In this document: positions 1 to 9,661 of the stretch, one piece after another
Layout: each line of letters begins with the position of its first letter
How positions within the stretch are numbered: position 1 is the stretch's first letter
From: Reclinomonas americana ATCC 50394
Taxonomy: Eukaryota
Direction of reading: 5' to 3'
Assembly (NCBI GenBank): GCA_048213135.1
Contig: PS015010.1
Coordinates: forward strand, 1,364,001-1,428,000
Length of the DNA stretch: 64,000 nucleotides
The notes under the pieces: generated by a model
Databases searched by the model: none
Told to the model about the DNA's origin: nothing
The model's input: the letters and a program-made list of their open reading frames with translations, nothing else
Translations under genes and position numbers: made by a program

Positions 1-3000
1 AACTATTGGTATTAATATCGTCAACGGTACCCGCAGAAATGTTGGTCTGCACAGCTTTAAGTGTTTGGGTCTTAACAAAATCATCACTTACAATCCGTTG
101 TTCATTACTTGTGCCGTATTTTCCAATCAATGTTCCGTTTGTGGTATAATACTCCTCAAGCCCATCAAGATCTACACACCATATGGGTTTATTACCCGCA
201 AACTGGTAAGGGGTGTACCAGGGATATGACTGAGTCAGCGGATCAACGCTCAGGAACTTGCCCAGGCGGGGATCGTACATCCGCATACCATAATCCTGAA
301 CATTTCCGTTCCCTTTCAGTTCATTGTCGTTTTCTTTACCATTAAATCCATACCTGTACTGATTTGAGGCTGCAAATTTCCTTTCCGGCATCATCATCCC
401 AAAGGGATAATAGTCATTTGCGTTAATAACATCTGCCGTATAATAGTCAGCTATGCCATCAGGAGTATTGCTCACTTTTACATAAATAGGATCGCATTGT
501 GGTGGCGGACCTCCCGGTGGCGGTGGCGCACATGGCGGATATACCCAGGTATATTCTCCATCATCTACCTGGAATTTCCTGTCAGATACGGTTACCAGTA
601 CATTGCTCAAATGATTAGTGAGCTCAAAGAACTTCTTCCCTCTTTCAAAAACAGTCAATCCTGAACCGGCTGGCGGATTCTGCACATCGCGGTTCACATT
701 GAACACGCCTATACGCGTACTGCCATATAGGTGTACCTCACTCTGGGTAAGGTGTCCGCTATTGAGGTTTGACCGCTTCTCATATACTGCCATTATATTC
801 CCGCTCGCATCTTTTACATACCAGGTAGTCAGTCCGTCTACTGTTTTACTTATACGGTTGCCGGCGGCATCATAGGTATAACTGATAACGTACCCTACAC
901 TTCCCGATCCTTTATTCAGGGACTTTATTTTACCATAAACGGTCCAGGTTATGCCGCTTATATCCTCCTTATCATCCTTGGTCATGTTGCCAATCGCGTC
1001 ATATCCATAGTTATCATCCGGCTGATTGTCGACGTCATCAGCACTGTAGGTACTGCTTACGGCATCCTTAACATGACGCAGGCGGTTGTTGACCAGTTTA
1101 CCCGATTGTATGTTATAGCCGTAAGTAAGGTTATCCATAAGATTACCATCAGCACCGTTACGTTTATAGGTTTTGATATTGCCGTTGGCATCGTAAGTGA
1201 TATCCTCCCTGTAAGCATTGGTAGCCGATACGTTCCAACTGTTTGTGGCAATATTTAAACCCTTATACGTACTCATCTTGGTCAGGCGGTTCAGCTGATC
1301 ATAACGATAAGTGTACAGCAAGGCCCCTTCCTGTGCACTGGTGGTGGTAAACTTGCCGATATTGACACTCATTGCCGAGATATTACCATTATAAAGTCCT
1401 ACGAAACCAAATCCCGCAGCGGCAGGGTTAGCAAAAGGCTTAACGGAATTATCAATTGGTTTATAGTCGAATTGCCCCTGGGTTTCATTCTGGAAATAGT
1501 GCAGCGCATAACCAAATGCGTCCCTGGCCACATAGCCATTGACACCGCCCGGTATACCATCTGCCCCCATGTCATGCAAACCATCGCCGATGGCAGAGGT
1601 ATTTACCCCTTTAATCCACCCCTGCAGGGTATAACTGTAATCCAGCCCCTGCACCTGCTGTTGTCCAAGTACAATACGCGACAAAGGACCGTGCCGGTAA
1701 TAGGCATAACTGGCATCCCGTTCCCAAACCAGGCTATCATGGCTGGTGTATACGTCTGTAAGCTTATTCTCCGCATCGTACGCATAGCGATGGTAGAACT
1801 GGTCGGCCGGACTTACCCAGGCCTGTGCGGAAGAACTGTAATAACCGGGCTGGTAAGTTACCATGTTCACTTTACCACTGATAAGATCATAGTTGTAAGC
1901 TATTTTCTTATACCTGTTATCGCTGGTGTTCATGATATTGCTGTAATACTGGCTGCTGCCATAGTCCTGCAACAATGTATCCACATTACCATGTATATCA
2001 TAACTATAATAAGTTGCAGCACGATGTGTTCCGACATAATTATTACCCGTTGGCTGCACGTCAAACACCTGGGTATAACTCACCCTGTTTCGCAGGTTAC
2101 GCTGCGACAGCTGTTCGGGTTGCAGCAGGTTGTCGCCATTAAAATAACTGACATCGTACACCGTACGGGTGATCTGCTCCCTGCTGCTTCCGCCCGTAAC
2201 CCAGTTATTCAATTGCGTTTCATCACGGCTTATCGCCTGTGTCATTGCGGTCGACTGCGGTTTCTGGCCAACTTCAGTTATCCTTCCCAGTACATCATAC
2301 CTGGTATAACTGTACTTCACTTCAGTTGCCTGCTGTGCATTCTGGCTAACGACCAGTCTGCCCAGCCTGTCATACCAGAATTTACTCAGCCCCCCATCCG
2401 GGGTCTTTTGCTGTACTACCTGGCCAAGTGTATTATACCGGTAGTCCGTAGGCAGTGTATGCGAGGGCCGCACTGGTGTTGCCGCACTGGTATTCCTGGC
2501 AGCTTTTACACTGCTGAGGAAAGGACCATCTGCCCTGCGGTCATCCACACCTTCCGGAGGTACTGTACGCACCAGCAGTCCGGTTTGATCATAGTAATAC
2601 AAGGTATAATGATGCTCTGCTTTTTCATAAGTAACCGTAAAGCTTTCGAGTGTTTTGGCATTGGTACATTTCTTATACCAGGCCAGGTCAAAATTTCGGC
2701 GAAGACTGTCGATATACAGGTCGTATTTTGTATTGGCATCGCTTACCGACAGTTGCCATGGATCTTTACAGGTACTTGTATCCACTGCCGGTGGGGGCAG
2801 CAATACCTCATTCAGGCCACAAAGAAGCAGCGGGTAATTCACCGGTATGGAAATAGCAGCCCCACCGGAAGGCAACACTCTTTTATTCAACACCGCCGGA
2901 TTACAGATATAGCCCGATCCTTCTCCCAGTACATAATTGTATAAGGCGATCATTTTATCATAGGTGTAACCCACCTGCATGATCCTGTTGAACCAGGACA

Positions 3001-6000
3001 TGAAATCAGCCTGGCAATCTTCGGCTACACCATCAGGATGCGTGAGATAATAAACATCTTTCAATCCTGACAACACTTCGGGATCTTCAAGCTGGTAGTC
3101 CGTATCCTCGTTTTCCAGCTTCCACGGCATTTCAAGTTCGCATTGCAGCACTATTTCTTTTATAGAAGCATAAGTCAGTGGTTCATTACCTATTCCCTGG
3201 TATTTCTTATAATATACACCACTGCCGGTAAAGCCGAATTTTTTATTGAAGAGTGCACGGAAAAGATCTCTTCTTGCTTCCAGCGGCACTTTAATACTGC
3301 CATATTGTTTTTCGTATATACTCATGAAGTCTTTGTACTCCCAGCATTTCTTATTGCACACATCCGGTGTAAAGCCGCATTGAACCAGGTATATATCACT
3401 GATCTGCAGGAATGTGTAGGAAGTTGTGTACATATTATTAAAGAACGCCGTGAACAGGTAAGTACACTTGATCTCATCCAGGTCCATACCTCCTCTCGGG
3501 TATCTTACAAAAAACTCTTTCAGTGTTTTCTGTAACTGATCACAGGTAAATTCAACTGGTTCTACCGGGCACATATTCAGTTTGAAACCACAGTGTTCCC
3601 AGTAAATTTTCTGTATCTCTTCATACGTATAAGCAGTGTGGTAGGTCAGATTGAAGTAATCCCTGAAGCACTGGCACCTGTCCACCGTACTTGTACAAAT
3701 GAACTTATTCACCATTGACAGCAGTTTCCGGCAATCCCAGTCGATCTCGCCATTACATCCGGGGAATGGCGTGCCGCACACGGATTCAAACAGGGCCTTT
3801 ATCTCTTCATAAGTATATTTTGTACCCAGGGCTTTATTGATGAAGTCTTCCATTTTACCGCGGCAATCCTCTATACCAAGCGTACCGGGGTATTTCTCAT
3901 AAAACTGCCTGATGAGTTCAGACAATTGCTTGCAGGAATACGGCAATGTGCAAAGCTGGTTAAGATCGGGCACGCACACTTCCTTACCCCTGTACATCTG
4001 GTACAGGGCTTTTATTTCATCCCATGAATAAGTTGTATTCATCTGGCTATTGAACCAGTTCACAAATCCATCGCGACATTCGGTATAAGGACCGTCGGAC
4101 ATCATCTGCGCCTTGTAATCATTGTACAGAATGGTCAGCAGGTGCGAATTGGGAAAACTGCACACATCAAGGCTGCACCATGGATTACAGAGATAAGTAT
4201 ACTTTTCCTGTATTTCCTCGTACGTATAATTTGTGCCCATACGGGAATTAAAATATTCTGCAAATCTTGTACGGCAATCACCCTCTTCCCAAACCCGGTA
4301 ACCATACGTATGATAATAGTCAGTGATCACACTCTGTATATTTTCACAATCCATTTTAGGACGGCATACTACCGGCATAGAGCCGCAAGCCTGTACAAAT
4401 TGCTGCATCCATCCTTCATACGTGAGACTCAGACCTGTCTGTCCGTTCATGAACAGGACAAAATTCTCCCTGCACTCGTTCCCTTCCAGCGGCGGATTGG
4501 TAGCGTAATAAGCTGCAAGCAATTCATTCAAATGAGCACAACTCAGGGTTTGATCATTGGCACAGGCAATACCAAACGCTACATATTCCGGCCACAGTTT
4601 ATTGAATCCCGTCTTATAGTTGGCATAATCCTGGAATGCCTGGTTGATGGCCACCTCCTGTGCTGTAGCGGGATTGTTTATTGGTGCCGAAACGCCTCTC
4701 TCCTGCTGGAATTGCTGGCGGATCTGGTTGTAATCGGCACAGGTGATACAGGTTTTTGAAGAGTCAATATTGGCAGTACCGCGGCACTGGAAGATGGCCG
4801 GCAGTTTTATCGGCGCTGTAAGGAAATTACAATTAGGATTGGTGCCCGTATAACCTGTAGTACACATTTCCACAAGCATATTCAGCGTATCCGCACTGAT
4901 GATCGTTCCCTGCATATAACGCAGGTAGTTACTGAAGGTCATGGAACCTCCGGATTGCTGCCATTTGGTTTTGAAGTAATTGATACGTTCACAGGCGCAG
5001 GGTTCCGGAACAGTTACCAGCGGTACAGAGACTGTTGGAGGTGCTACATTATATGCTTTAGGGAAATCAACGAGTTCAGGATAGCAGAATGCATCGATGG
5101 AGATTCCCCTGAAATTAAGATAGTAAGTGATGAGTGCAGGGAAATTCCGCACCGGGATACCGGCGATGGTTGTTCCGTTGGGATCATCCTGGATGAATAT
5201 AGCGGGTTGGTTATCGGGCAGGCTGGCGGCGCCAAAAGGATGCCCCATATAATCCACACCGGGTTTACAGATCCTCACCAGGTATTTGGAAAGCCATGCG
5301 GAATCCTGTGCCCATTGGAAAGGACTGTTAGATGCTATCGTTTCAACTCCCGGGCACCTGCGCAGGCGTGACATCCAGGTGGCACTATTGGAGCGGCAGA
5401 TACTGTCTGCTTCCGCAGCCGCGGCGGCTGTATAATCTCCGGGTTGGTTACTGTTCACCAAGCCACCCAGGTCGGAAGCATTACCGATAATATAGGGCGC
5501 AGTATTTTGCAACCGTACAAAACGTTCCTGGTAATTGTAACCATTGCTACTGCTGAATATGCTATAATTAATACTTGTGCAGTTGTTGCTCAGGTAACGA
5601 CTGATGAGTATGTTACGGTAAGAGAGGTAAAGAGCTTTAAAATTCTTCCATACCATATCCATATCCGCTGCGCAATGCCCCACTCCTGAAGGAGGAAGAT
5701 TGGTAAGGCTGTTATAGCAACTGAGGAACGCTGCTGTAGGTGTGAAACAGTTATTACCGTTCGGCGGTATGGTTGAACTGGCTTGCATTTCTTTATGGCA
5801 GAACACAGACAGTTGTGCCAGGCGCCACATGCCCATGGACACTGAATTGGGGCACGAAGGACTGGCCGCCGCGTAATTGGAAATGATCGCGTTGCGCATT
5901 TCTGTATAGTAAGGCGATCCTGTTCCCAGCATGATGAAGAAAGAATCCTTTTGCATAAAGTAATCCGCCGCCACAACAGGATTGGTTGTGGAAGGATGGA

Positions 6001-8761
6001 TGAACTGCCGGGTCACCGCCTGGCTCCAGGTTTCGGTATTCTGCACTCTTCCTGCAAAACGGTATGTGCCTTTAAGATTGGCTTCCGCGAAACGGAGTTT
6101 GCAGAACTCAGGATGATAATAGAGCAGGTTGGTTGCATAGCTGTCCTGGAAATCATCAGCAAAAGCTTCAACAGTCATCGCCGCCGCCTGTGCCTGGGGT
6201 AATACAACAATTCCATACTGGTTCGTATAGCCCGCGGCTGGCGCAGTGGTATTGTTAACGGCGTCATAAGTTACGGGTAAACGGTATGGAGCTATGGTAG
6301 GCGGTGTTGACGTAACCGTATTGGCCCGTGAAGGATTGAATATGTTGAACGGCTGCATCTGGTAGCCGGGATGATCAACATCATTGGTACGGGCATACTG
6401 GCCAAATGGCGGCATCATATCCTGCAGCATGATCTCTTTAATGCTGGTGAGTTCATCAATGGTTTCACCAGTATTGTCATCACATATTTCATCACAATTG
6501 GCTTTGGCTGCCTGGTAAGCCGCCTGTATCTGCGGCATCATTACCAGTATGACAGAATCAGGTAATCCTGATTCAAGCCGGAAACGGTTGATAAAATCCG
6601 TTTCGCTGCCCAGTTTCTGGGTACACTGGGTACAGGTTACATAGCAGTTCTGCTGACTGAGTGCCAGTTGATATTGCTGGAGAATAAACGACTGCCGTGT
6701 TTTACAGGTATCATTCCTCAGGTATACTTCTTCCCGGTACCAGTCCCTGGCAGCTGTACTCAGTTTCAGTTCCTTCACTACTGTATAGGCACCTTCATCA
6801 AGCCATACACTGAACGTTGTATCGAGCAGTGGCGATTGGGTTCCCGCACATGAAGTAAGGTATTGACCAAGGTTGAAGTTCTTTTTGATAACCGGGTTAC
6901 TGAACCCCGCGATCACTTTATCGGAACAATCAGGAATGATACTTACATTCAGTTCATACAGGCAATCGAAGCAGAACTCCGTTCCTGTACACAACATCAT
7001 CTTCAGTTTTTCCGGGGACAGGTAATAGTTGAACTGGAAGTTTCCAGGCTTGGCCACCATCAACGACTTGGATGATATAATAGAATTGCCCTGAACACTG
7101 TTGGTTTCGGGATCAATCAGTTGTCGTGTAATCGTTTTTAATGCATTGGTGTAGGATGGAATGGAATGCAGGTTTTGCGGAGTTGTTCCGGCGAGCGCGG
7201 TTGCTACTGTTTTGCCTCTCATATCTATATAGCTCACACTGTATTGTCCATTGGCATCCCTTACCCAGGTCTTGCTGTAATGAGAAGCATAGCCGGCATC
7301 CGTTCCAAACAAGGCATCAAGGTCATCCTGGTCAGCGCTTTCATAAAAATATTTGGTCTCTTTTCCGCTGTTCACCTGGAAAAGCGGCCCAATACCGCCC
7401 TGCGCATCAATACGTCCCGTACCATCGCTGGTATAGCGTGTTTCAGTATAAGGATATCCTTCCGCATCGGGTAAATATTTATTATGCCCATTGTTGATTT
7501 CCGGATTATTACCTGAATAATACTGGGATGCGCTTCCCGTGGCTGTTGCCAGGAGTTTTGCAGTCAGCTTATTACATGCACTCTGGGTACCATCCAGTTT
7601 GTCGTATACCGTTTTCGCATTTCTTGCGTCATCAAACTGGTTGAAGTTTTTGGTAAACGAGATAATGGTATTCAATGTGGGTGCCGGCAACACCGAAATC
7701 ACCGGCCGGCCCTGGTAGTCATAAAATGATTCCGCCACAACCGTTGCACGGCTGACGTTATCTTTAGCGACCGTCTGCCTTCCCCGAAGAGACCCATCGT
7801 AATATTGTATCACGGTTTTCCTTTTCCCATCTTCAGCGAATGTAGTGGTGGCCTGCCAGTTGAGATTTTCTTCATGCCCTGCAGTGCGGGGCAGGTAAGC
7901 GAGGCCATTATCGGACAGGTAGAACCAACTGCCTTCCACGCGCTGGCCATTCACTTTAATCTGCGCCATTCTCACCCTGGCATACAAGCGCCCGTTATCT
8001 TCGTACAATAATGGTATATAATAGAAATTATTGCTGGTAGTGATCCTGGTGGCGTTATTATCAAATATTTTAGCCATATCCGGCGAACCACCGGTCATAT
8101 ATTCACCAACTGCGCTTTCATCTATCCATGCCCATTCCACATCGTATTCGGTCTGGAAATTAGCCGGCACATTCCATCTTACTTTCCATTCATCGGCAAA
8201 AAGGCTGTCGGTAACAATACCGCTGAGTGTTGTACCGCAGTTAAAGCCCCAGTCGCGGAGCGAAATGATCTCGTTAACCAGTTTAAGGTTTTTCAGCACA
8301 TCCCAGGACACATCGGAATTAATAGCCATGATCTTTACATATACCTTTACCGCATCCCTGAATTCATAGGAAGAGATGGCACCCGACACTTGCGCTGCCC
8401 CATTCTTATATACCAGCGAAAGGGTTTTGGTAACTGTACTGCTGGCTCCTGAAGCGTCTTCCGCGTTAATCTCCAGGTCGAAACTAACCGTAAAGTCGGA
8501 ACTGATGAAGGCACTGCTTTCTTCATCTATCATCAGCCGTATGGCATTCTTTACATAGTAGGTACGTTCGATAGCTCCCGTTACATTCTTATAGGCCTCG
8601 AAATTAAGATCGCTTGTATACACCTGGTTGGCTACCACCAGGTCGCCATTTTTGCCAAAAAGTGTTTGCCGGTATTCGGGATCATTTCCCGCGAATAAAG
8701 GTTTGCTGATCAGCAGCAAAAAAATGGCGGCGAGTATAAGGCGTTTCCCTGCTAAAAACAT
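1..8761 (-). CDS. Giant RHS/YD-repeat protein (polymorphic toxin-like), >2920 aa, 3' end outside window
   Basis: Hand translation from ATG at 8761 gives signal-like MFLAGKRLILAAIFLLLISKPLFA. DUF6443-like TVIQYYDGSLRGRQTVAKD...YDYQGRP lies at ~7690-7830 and YD repeats (YRYNTLGQV, FWYDRLGRL, YDVLGRITE) at ~900-2600. The RHS core NDYYPFGMMMPERK...YRYGFNGKEND...DYGMRMYDPRLGKFLSVDP...PYQFAGNKPIWCVDLDGL is at 158-418. All sampled segments share one frame. Absence from the ORF track fits having no stop inside the window. Confidence 0.92.
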   Translation of the reverse strand, partial: MFLAGKRLILAAIFLLLISKPLFAGNDPEYRQTLFGKNGDLVVANQVYTSDLNFEAYKNVTGAIERTYYVKNAIRLMIDEESSAFISSDFTVSFDLEINAEDASGASSTVTKTLSLVYKNGAAQVSGAISSYEFRDAVKVYVKIMAINSDVSWDVLKNLKLVNEIISLRDWGFNCGTTLSGIVTDSLFADEWKVRWNVPANFQTEYDVEWAWIDESAVGEYMTGGSPDMAKIFDNNATRITTSNNFYYIPLLYEDNGRLYARVRMAQIKVNGQRVEGSWFYLSDNGLAYLPRTAGHEENLNWQATTTFAEDGKRKTVIQYYDGSLRGRQTVAKDNVSRATVVAESFYDYQGRPVISVLPAPTLNTIISFTKNFNQFDDARNAKTVYDKLDGTQSACNKLTAKLLATATGSASQYYSGNNPEINNGHNKYLPDAEGYPYTETRYTSDGTGRIDAQGGIGPLFQVNSGKETKYFYESADQDDLDALFGTDAGYASHYSKTWVRDANGQYSVSYIDMRGKTVATALAGTTPQNLHSIPSYTNALKTITRQLIDPETNSVQGNSIISSKSLMVAKPGNFQFNYYLSPEKLKMMLCTGTEFCFDCLYELNVSIIPDCSDKVIAGFSNPVIKKNFNLGQYLTSCAGTQSPLLDTTFSVWLDEGAYTVVKELKLSTAARDWYREEVYLRNDTCKTRQSFILQQYQLALSQQNCYVTCTQCTQKLGSETDFINRFRLESGLPDSVILVMMPQIQAAYQAAKANCDEICDDNTGETIDELTSIKEIMLQDMMPPFGQYARTNDVDHPGYQMQPFNIFNPSRANTVTSTPPTIAPYRLPVTYDAVNNTTAPAAGYTNQYGIVVLPQAQAAAMTVEAFADDFQDSYATNLLYYHPEFCKLRFAEANLKGTYRFAGRVQNTETWSQAVTRQFIHPSTTNPVVAADYFMQKDSFFIMLGTGSPYYTEMRNAIISNYAAASPSCPNSVSMGMWRLAQLSVFCHKEMQASSTIPPNGNNCFTPTAAFLSCYNSLTNLPPSGVGHCAADMDMVWKNFKALYLSYRNILISRYLSNNCTSINYSIFSSSNGYNYQERFVRLQNTAPYIIGNASDLGGLVNSNQPGDYTAAAAAEADSICRSNSATWMSRLRRCPGVETIASNSPFQWAQDSAWLSKYLVRICKPGVDYMGHPFGAASLPDNQPAIFIQDDPNGTTIAGIPVRNFPALITYYLNFRGISIDAFCYPELVDFPKAYNVAPPTVSVPLVTVPEPCACERINYFKTKWQQSGGSMTFSNYLRYMQGTIISADTLNMLVEMCTTGYTGTNPNCNFLTAPIKLPAIFQCRGTANIDSSKTCITCADYNQIRQQFQQERGVSAPINNPATAQEVAINQAFQDYANYKTGFNKLWPEYVAFGIACANDQTLSCAHLNELLAAYYATNPPLEGNECRENFVLFMNGQTGLSLTYEGWMQQFVQACGSMPVVCRPKMDCENIQSVITDYYHTYGYRVWEEGDCRTRFAEYFNSRMGTNYTYEEIQEKYTYLCNPWCSLDVCSFPNSHLLTILYNDYKAQMMSDGPYTECRDGFVNWFNSQMNTTYSWDEIKALYQMYRGKEVCVPDLNQLCTLPYSCKQLSELIRQFYEKYPGTLGIEDCRGKMEDFINKALGTKYTYEEIKALFESVCGTPFPGCNGEIDWDCRKLLSMVNKFICTSTVDRCQCFRDYFNLTYHTAYTYEEIQKIYWEHCGFKLNMCPVEPVEFTCDQLQKTLKEFFVRYPRGGMDLDEIKCTYLFTAFFNNMYTTSYTFLQISDIYLVQCGFTPDVCNKKCWEYKDFMSIYEKQYGSIKVPLEARRDLFRALFNKKFGFTGSGVYYKKYQGIGNEPLTYASIKEIVLQCELEMPWKLENEDTDYQLEDPEVLSGLKDVYYLTHPDGVAEDCQADFMSWFNRIMQVGYTYDKMIALYNYVLGEGSGYICNPAVLNKRVLPSGGAAISIPVNYPLLLCGLNEVLLPPPAVDTSTCKDPWQLSVSDANTKYDLYIDSLRRNFDLAWYKKCTNAKTLESFTVTYEKAEHHYTLYYYDQTGLLVRTVPPEGVDDRRADGPFLSSVKAARNTSAATPVRPSHTLPTDYRYNTLGQVVQQKTPDGGLSKFWYDRLGRLVVSQNAQQATEVKYSYTRYDVLGRITEVGQKPQSTAMTQAISRDETQLNNWVTGGSSREQITRTVYDVSYFNGDNLLQPEQLSQRNLRNRVSYTQVFDVQPTGNNYVGTHRAATYYSYDIHGNVDTLLQDYGSSQYYSNIMNTSDNRYKKIAYNYDLISGKVNMVTYQPGYYSSSAQAWVSPADQFYHRYAYDAENKLTDVYTSHDSLVWERDASYAYYRHGPLSRIVLGQQQVQGLDYSYTLQGWIKGVNTSAIGDGLHDMGADGIPGGVNGYVARDAFGYALHYFQNETQGQFDYKPIDNSVKPFANPAAAGFGFVGLYNGNISAMSVNIGKFTTTSAQEGALLYTYRYDQLNRLTKMSTYKGLNIATNSWNVSATNAYREDITYDANGNIKTYKRNGADGNLMDNLTYGYNIQSGKLVNNRLRHVKDAVSSTYSADDVDNQPDDNYGYDAIGNMTKDDKEDISGITWTVYGKIKSLNKGSGSVGYVISYTYDAAGNRISKTVDGLTTWYVKDASGNIMAVYEKRSNLNSGHLTQSEVHLYGSTRIGVFNVNRDVQNPPAGSGLTVFERGKKFFELTNHLSNVLVTVSDRKFQVDDGEYTWVYPPCAPPPPGGPPPQCDPIYVKVSNTPDGIADYYTADVINANDYYPFGMMMPERKFAASNQYRYGFNGKENDNELKGNGNVQDYGMRMYDPRLGKFLSVDPLTQSYPWYTPYQFAGNKPIWCVDLDGLEEYYTTNGTLIGKYGTSNEQRIVSDDFVKTQTLKAVQTNISAGTVDDINTNS
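2900..4745 (-). repeat. About nine degenerate ~55-70 aa Cys-rich helical protein repeats inside the RHS ORF
   Basis: Recurrent C..L...F/Y......C...F..(W/Y/F)FN....T.Y(T/S)YEEI...Y...CG...C, e.g. CRTRFAEYFNSRMGTNYTYEEIQEKY, CRDGFVNWFNSQMNTTYSWDEIKALY, CRGKMEDFINKALGTKYTYEEIKALFESVCG, CFRDYFNLTYHTAYTYEEIQKIYWEHCG. Confidence 0.85.
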
Positions 8762-8825
8762 AGCTTAAGAATTGTGTGATGAATAGTTAGATCTTTTTTA
8801 CCAGTCCGTACGTATAAGCGACCGG

Positions 8826-9626
8826 CTAATTCCTGGCATTATAAACTTTATATTCTTTAAATTTTTCCACCGGTTTGTATTCCCCATCTTCTTCCCAGAT
8901 AAATACATTCTCACTGTAGTCGGCTTCCGATAAATGATCAAAACGATAGTTGTACAACTCAATGCTGAGCGTTTTTCTCCTGGGCGTATTACGCAGCAGG
9001 CGAAGCGACACGTCCGGCTCATCCTGGTCGGTTAGTCCCAGCCCGGGTTGCTGGTATTCGTATTCGATCTTTGTGATCACCGATCTTTCCAGGTCGAACT
9101 CAATGATAAAATGATTGTACTGGGCGAGGTCGTTATTATCTTTCCTGACCAGTTTGATATAGCCCGTACCACCGGTATCTGTAGAGCCGCTGGCTTCCGT
9201 TTTTACCCACACATCGTAATACTCGCTGTATACCTCCAGCAGGCTGTCCAGTATCTCACGGGTAGGCATATACGATCCTGCATTATTTACCGGCGGGTCG
9301 GATATAACCATCATCTGGTCTTTGTGAAAAACCGTAACCAGGAAGGAGTCATTCTGCAGGTATTCTACATCGCCCAGCGTATACCGGGCTTTCTTCCCGT
9401 TAAGGGTGTATACCCCTTTCACCACTTCACTTGTAAAATCGCTGTATGCCGTATCGGTAAAGTACCGGTACTTGGCATCAAACGTAACATAGGGTAAACT
9501 ATCATACGTCTTATATAACTTCAGGGCGGCAGTCCGGGCTTCTTGTATTGTAGACTGCGCTATGGTTGTACCCCAGGAAAAAAGCAGCAGTACCAGGATG
9601 GTTGATATTTTTTGATTGGCTTTCAT
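8826..9626 (-). CDS. Secreted hypothetical protein, LolA-like fold suspected (266 aa)
   Basis: Signal peptide ending ..TIA-Q, then a helix followed by beta-strands (VTFDAKYRY..EVVKGVYTLNGKKARYTLGDVEYLQNDSFLVTVFHKDQMMVIS) resembling LolA-family proteins. The fold call is inference. Confidence 0.6.
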   Translation of the reverse strand: MKANQKISTILVLLLFSWGTTIAQSTIQEARTAALKLYKTYDSLPYVTFDAKYRYFTDTAYSDFTSEVVKGVYTLNGKKARYTLGDVEYLQNDSFLVTVFHKDQMMVISDPPVNNAGSYMPTREILDSLLEVYSEYYDVWVKTEASGSTDTGGTGYIKLVRKDNNDLAQYNHFIIEFDLERSVITKIEYEYQQPGLGLTDQDEPDVSLRLLRNTPRRKTLSIELYNYRFDHLSEADYSENVFIWEEDGEYKPVEKFKEYKVYNARN

Positions 9627-9661
9627 ACAATTATCTTCTTTTTTATCCTTTTATGTTTTGT

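Noticed and set aside
1472-2944. 490-aa plus-strand ORF and other plus-strand ORFs in 100-8600
   Set aside because: Antisense shadows of the giant RHS gene; no recognisable motifs.
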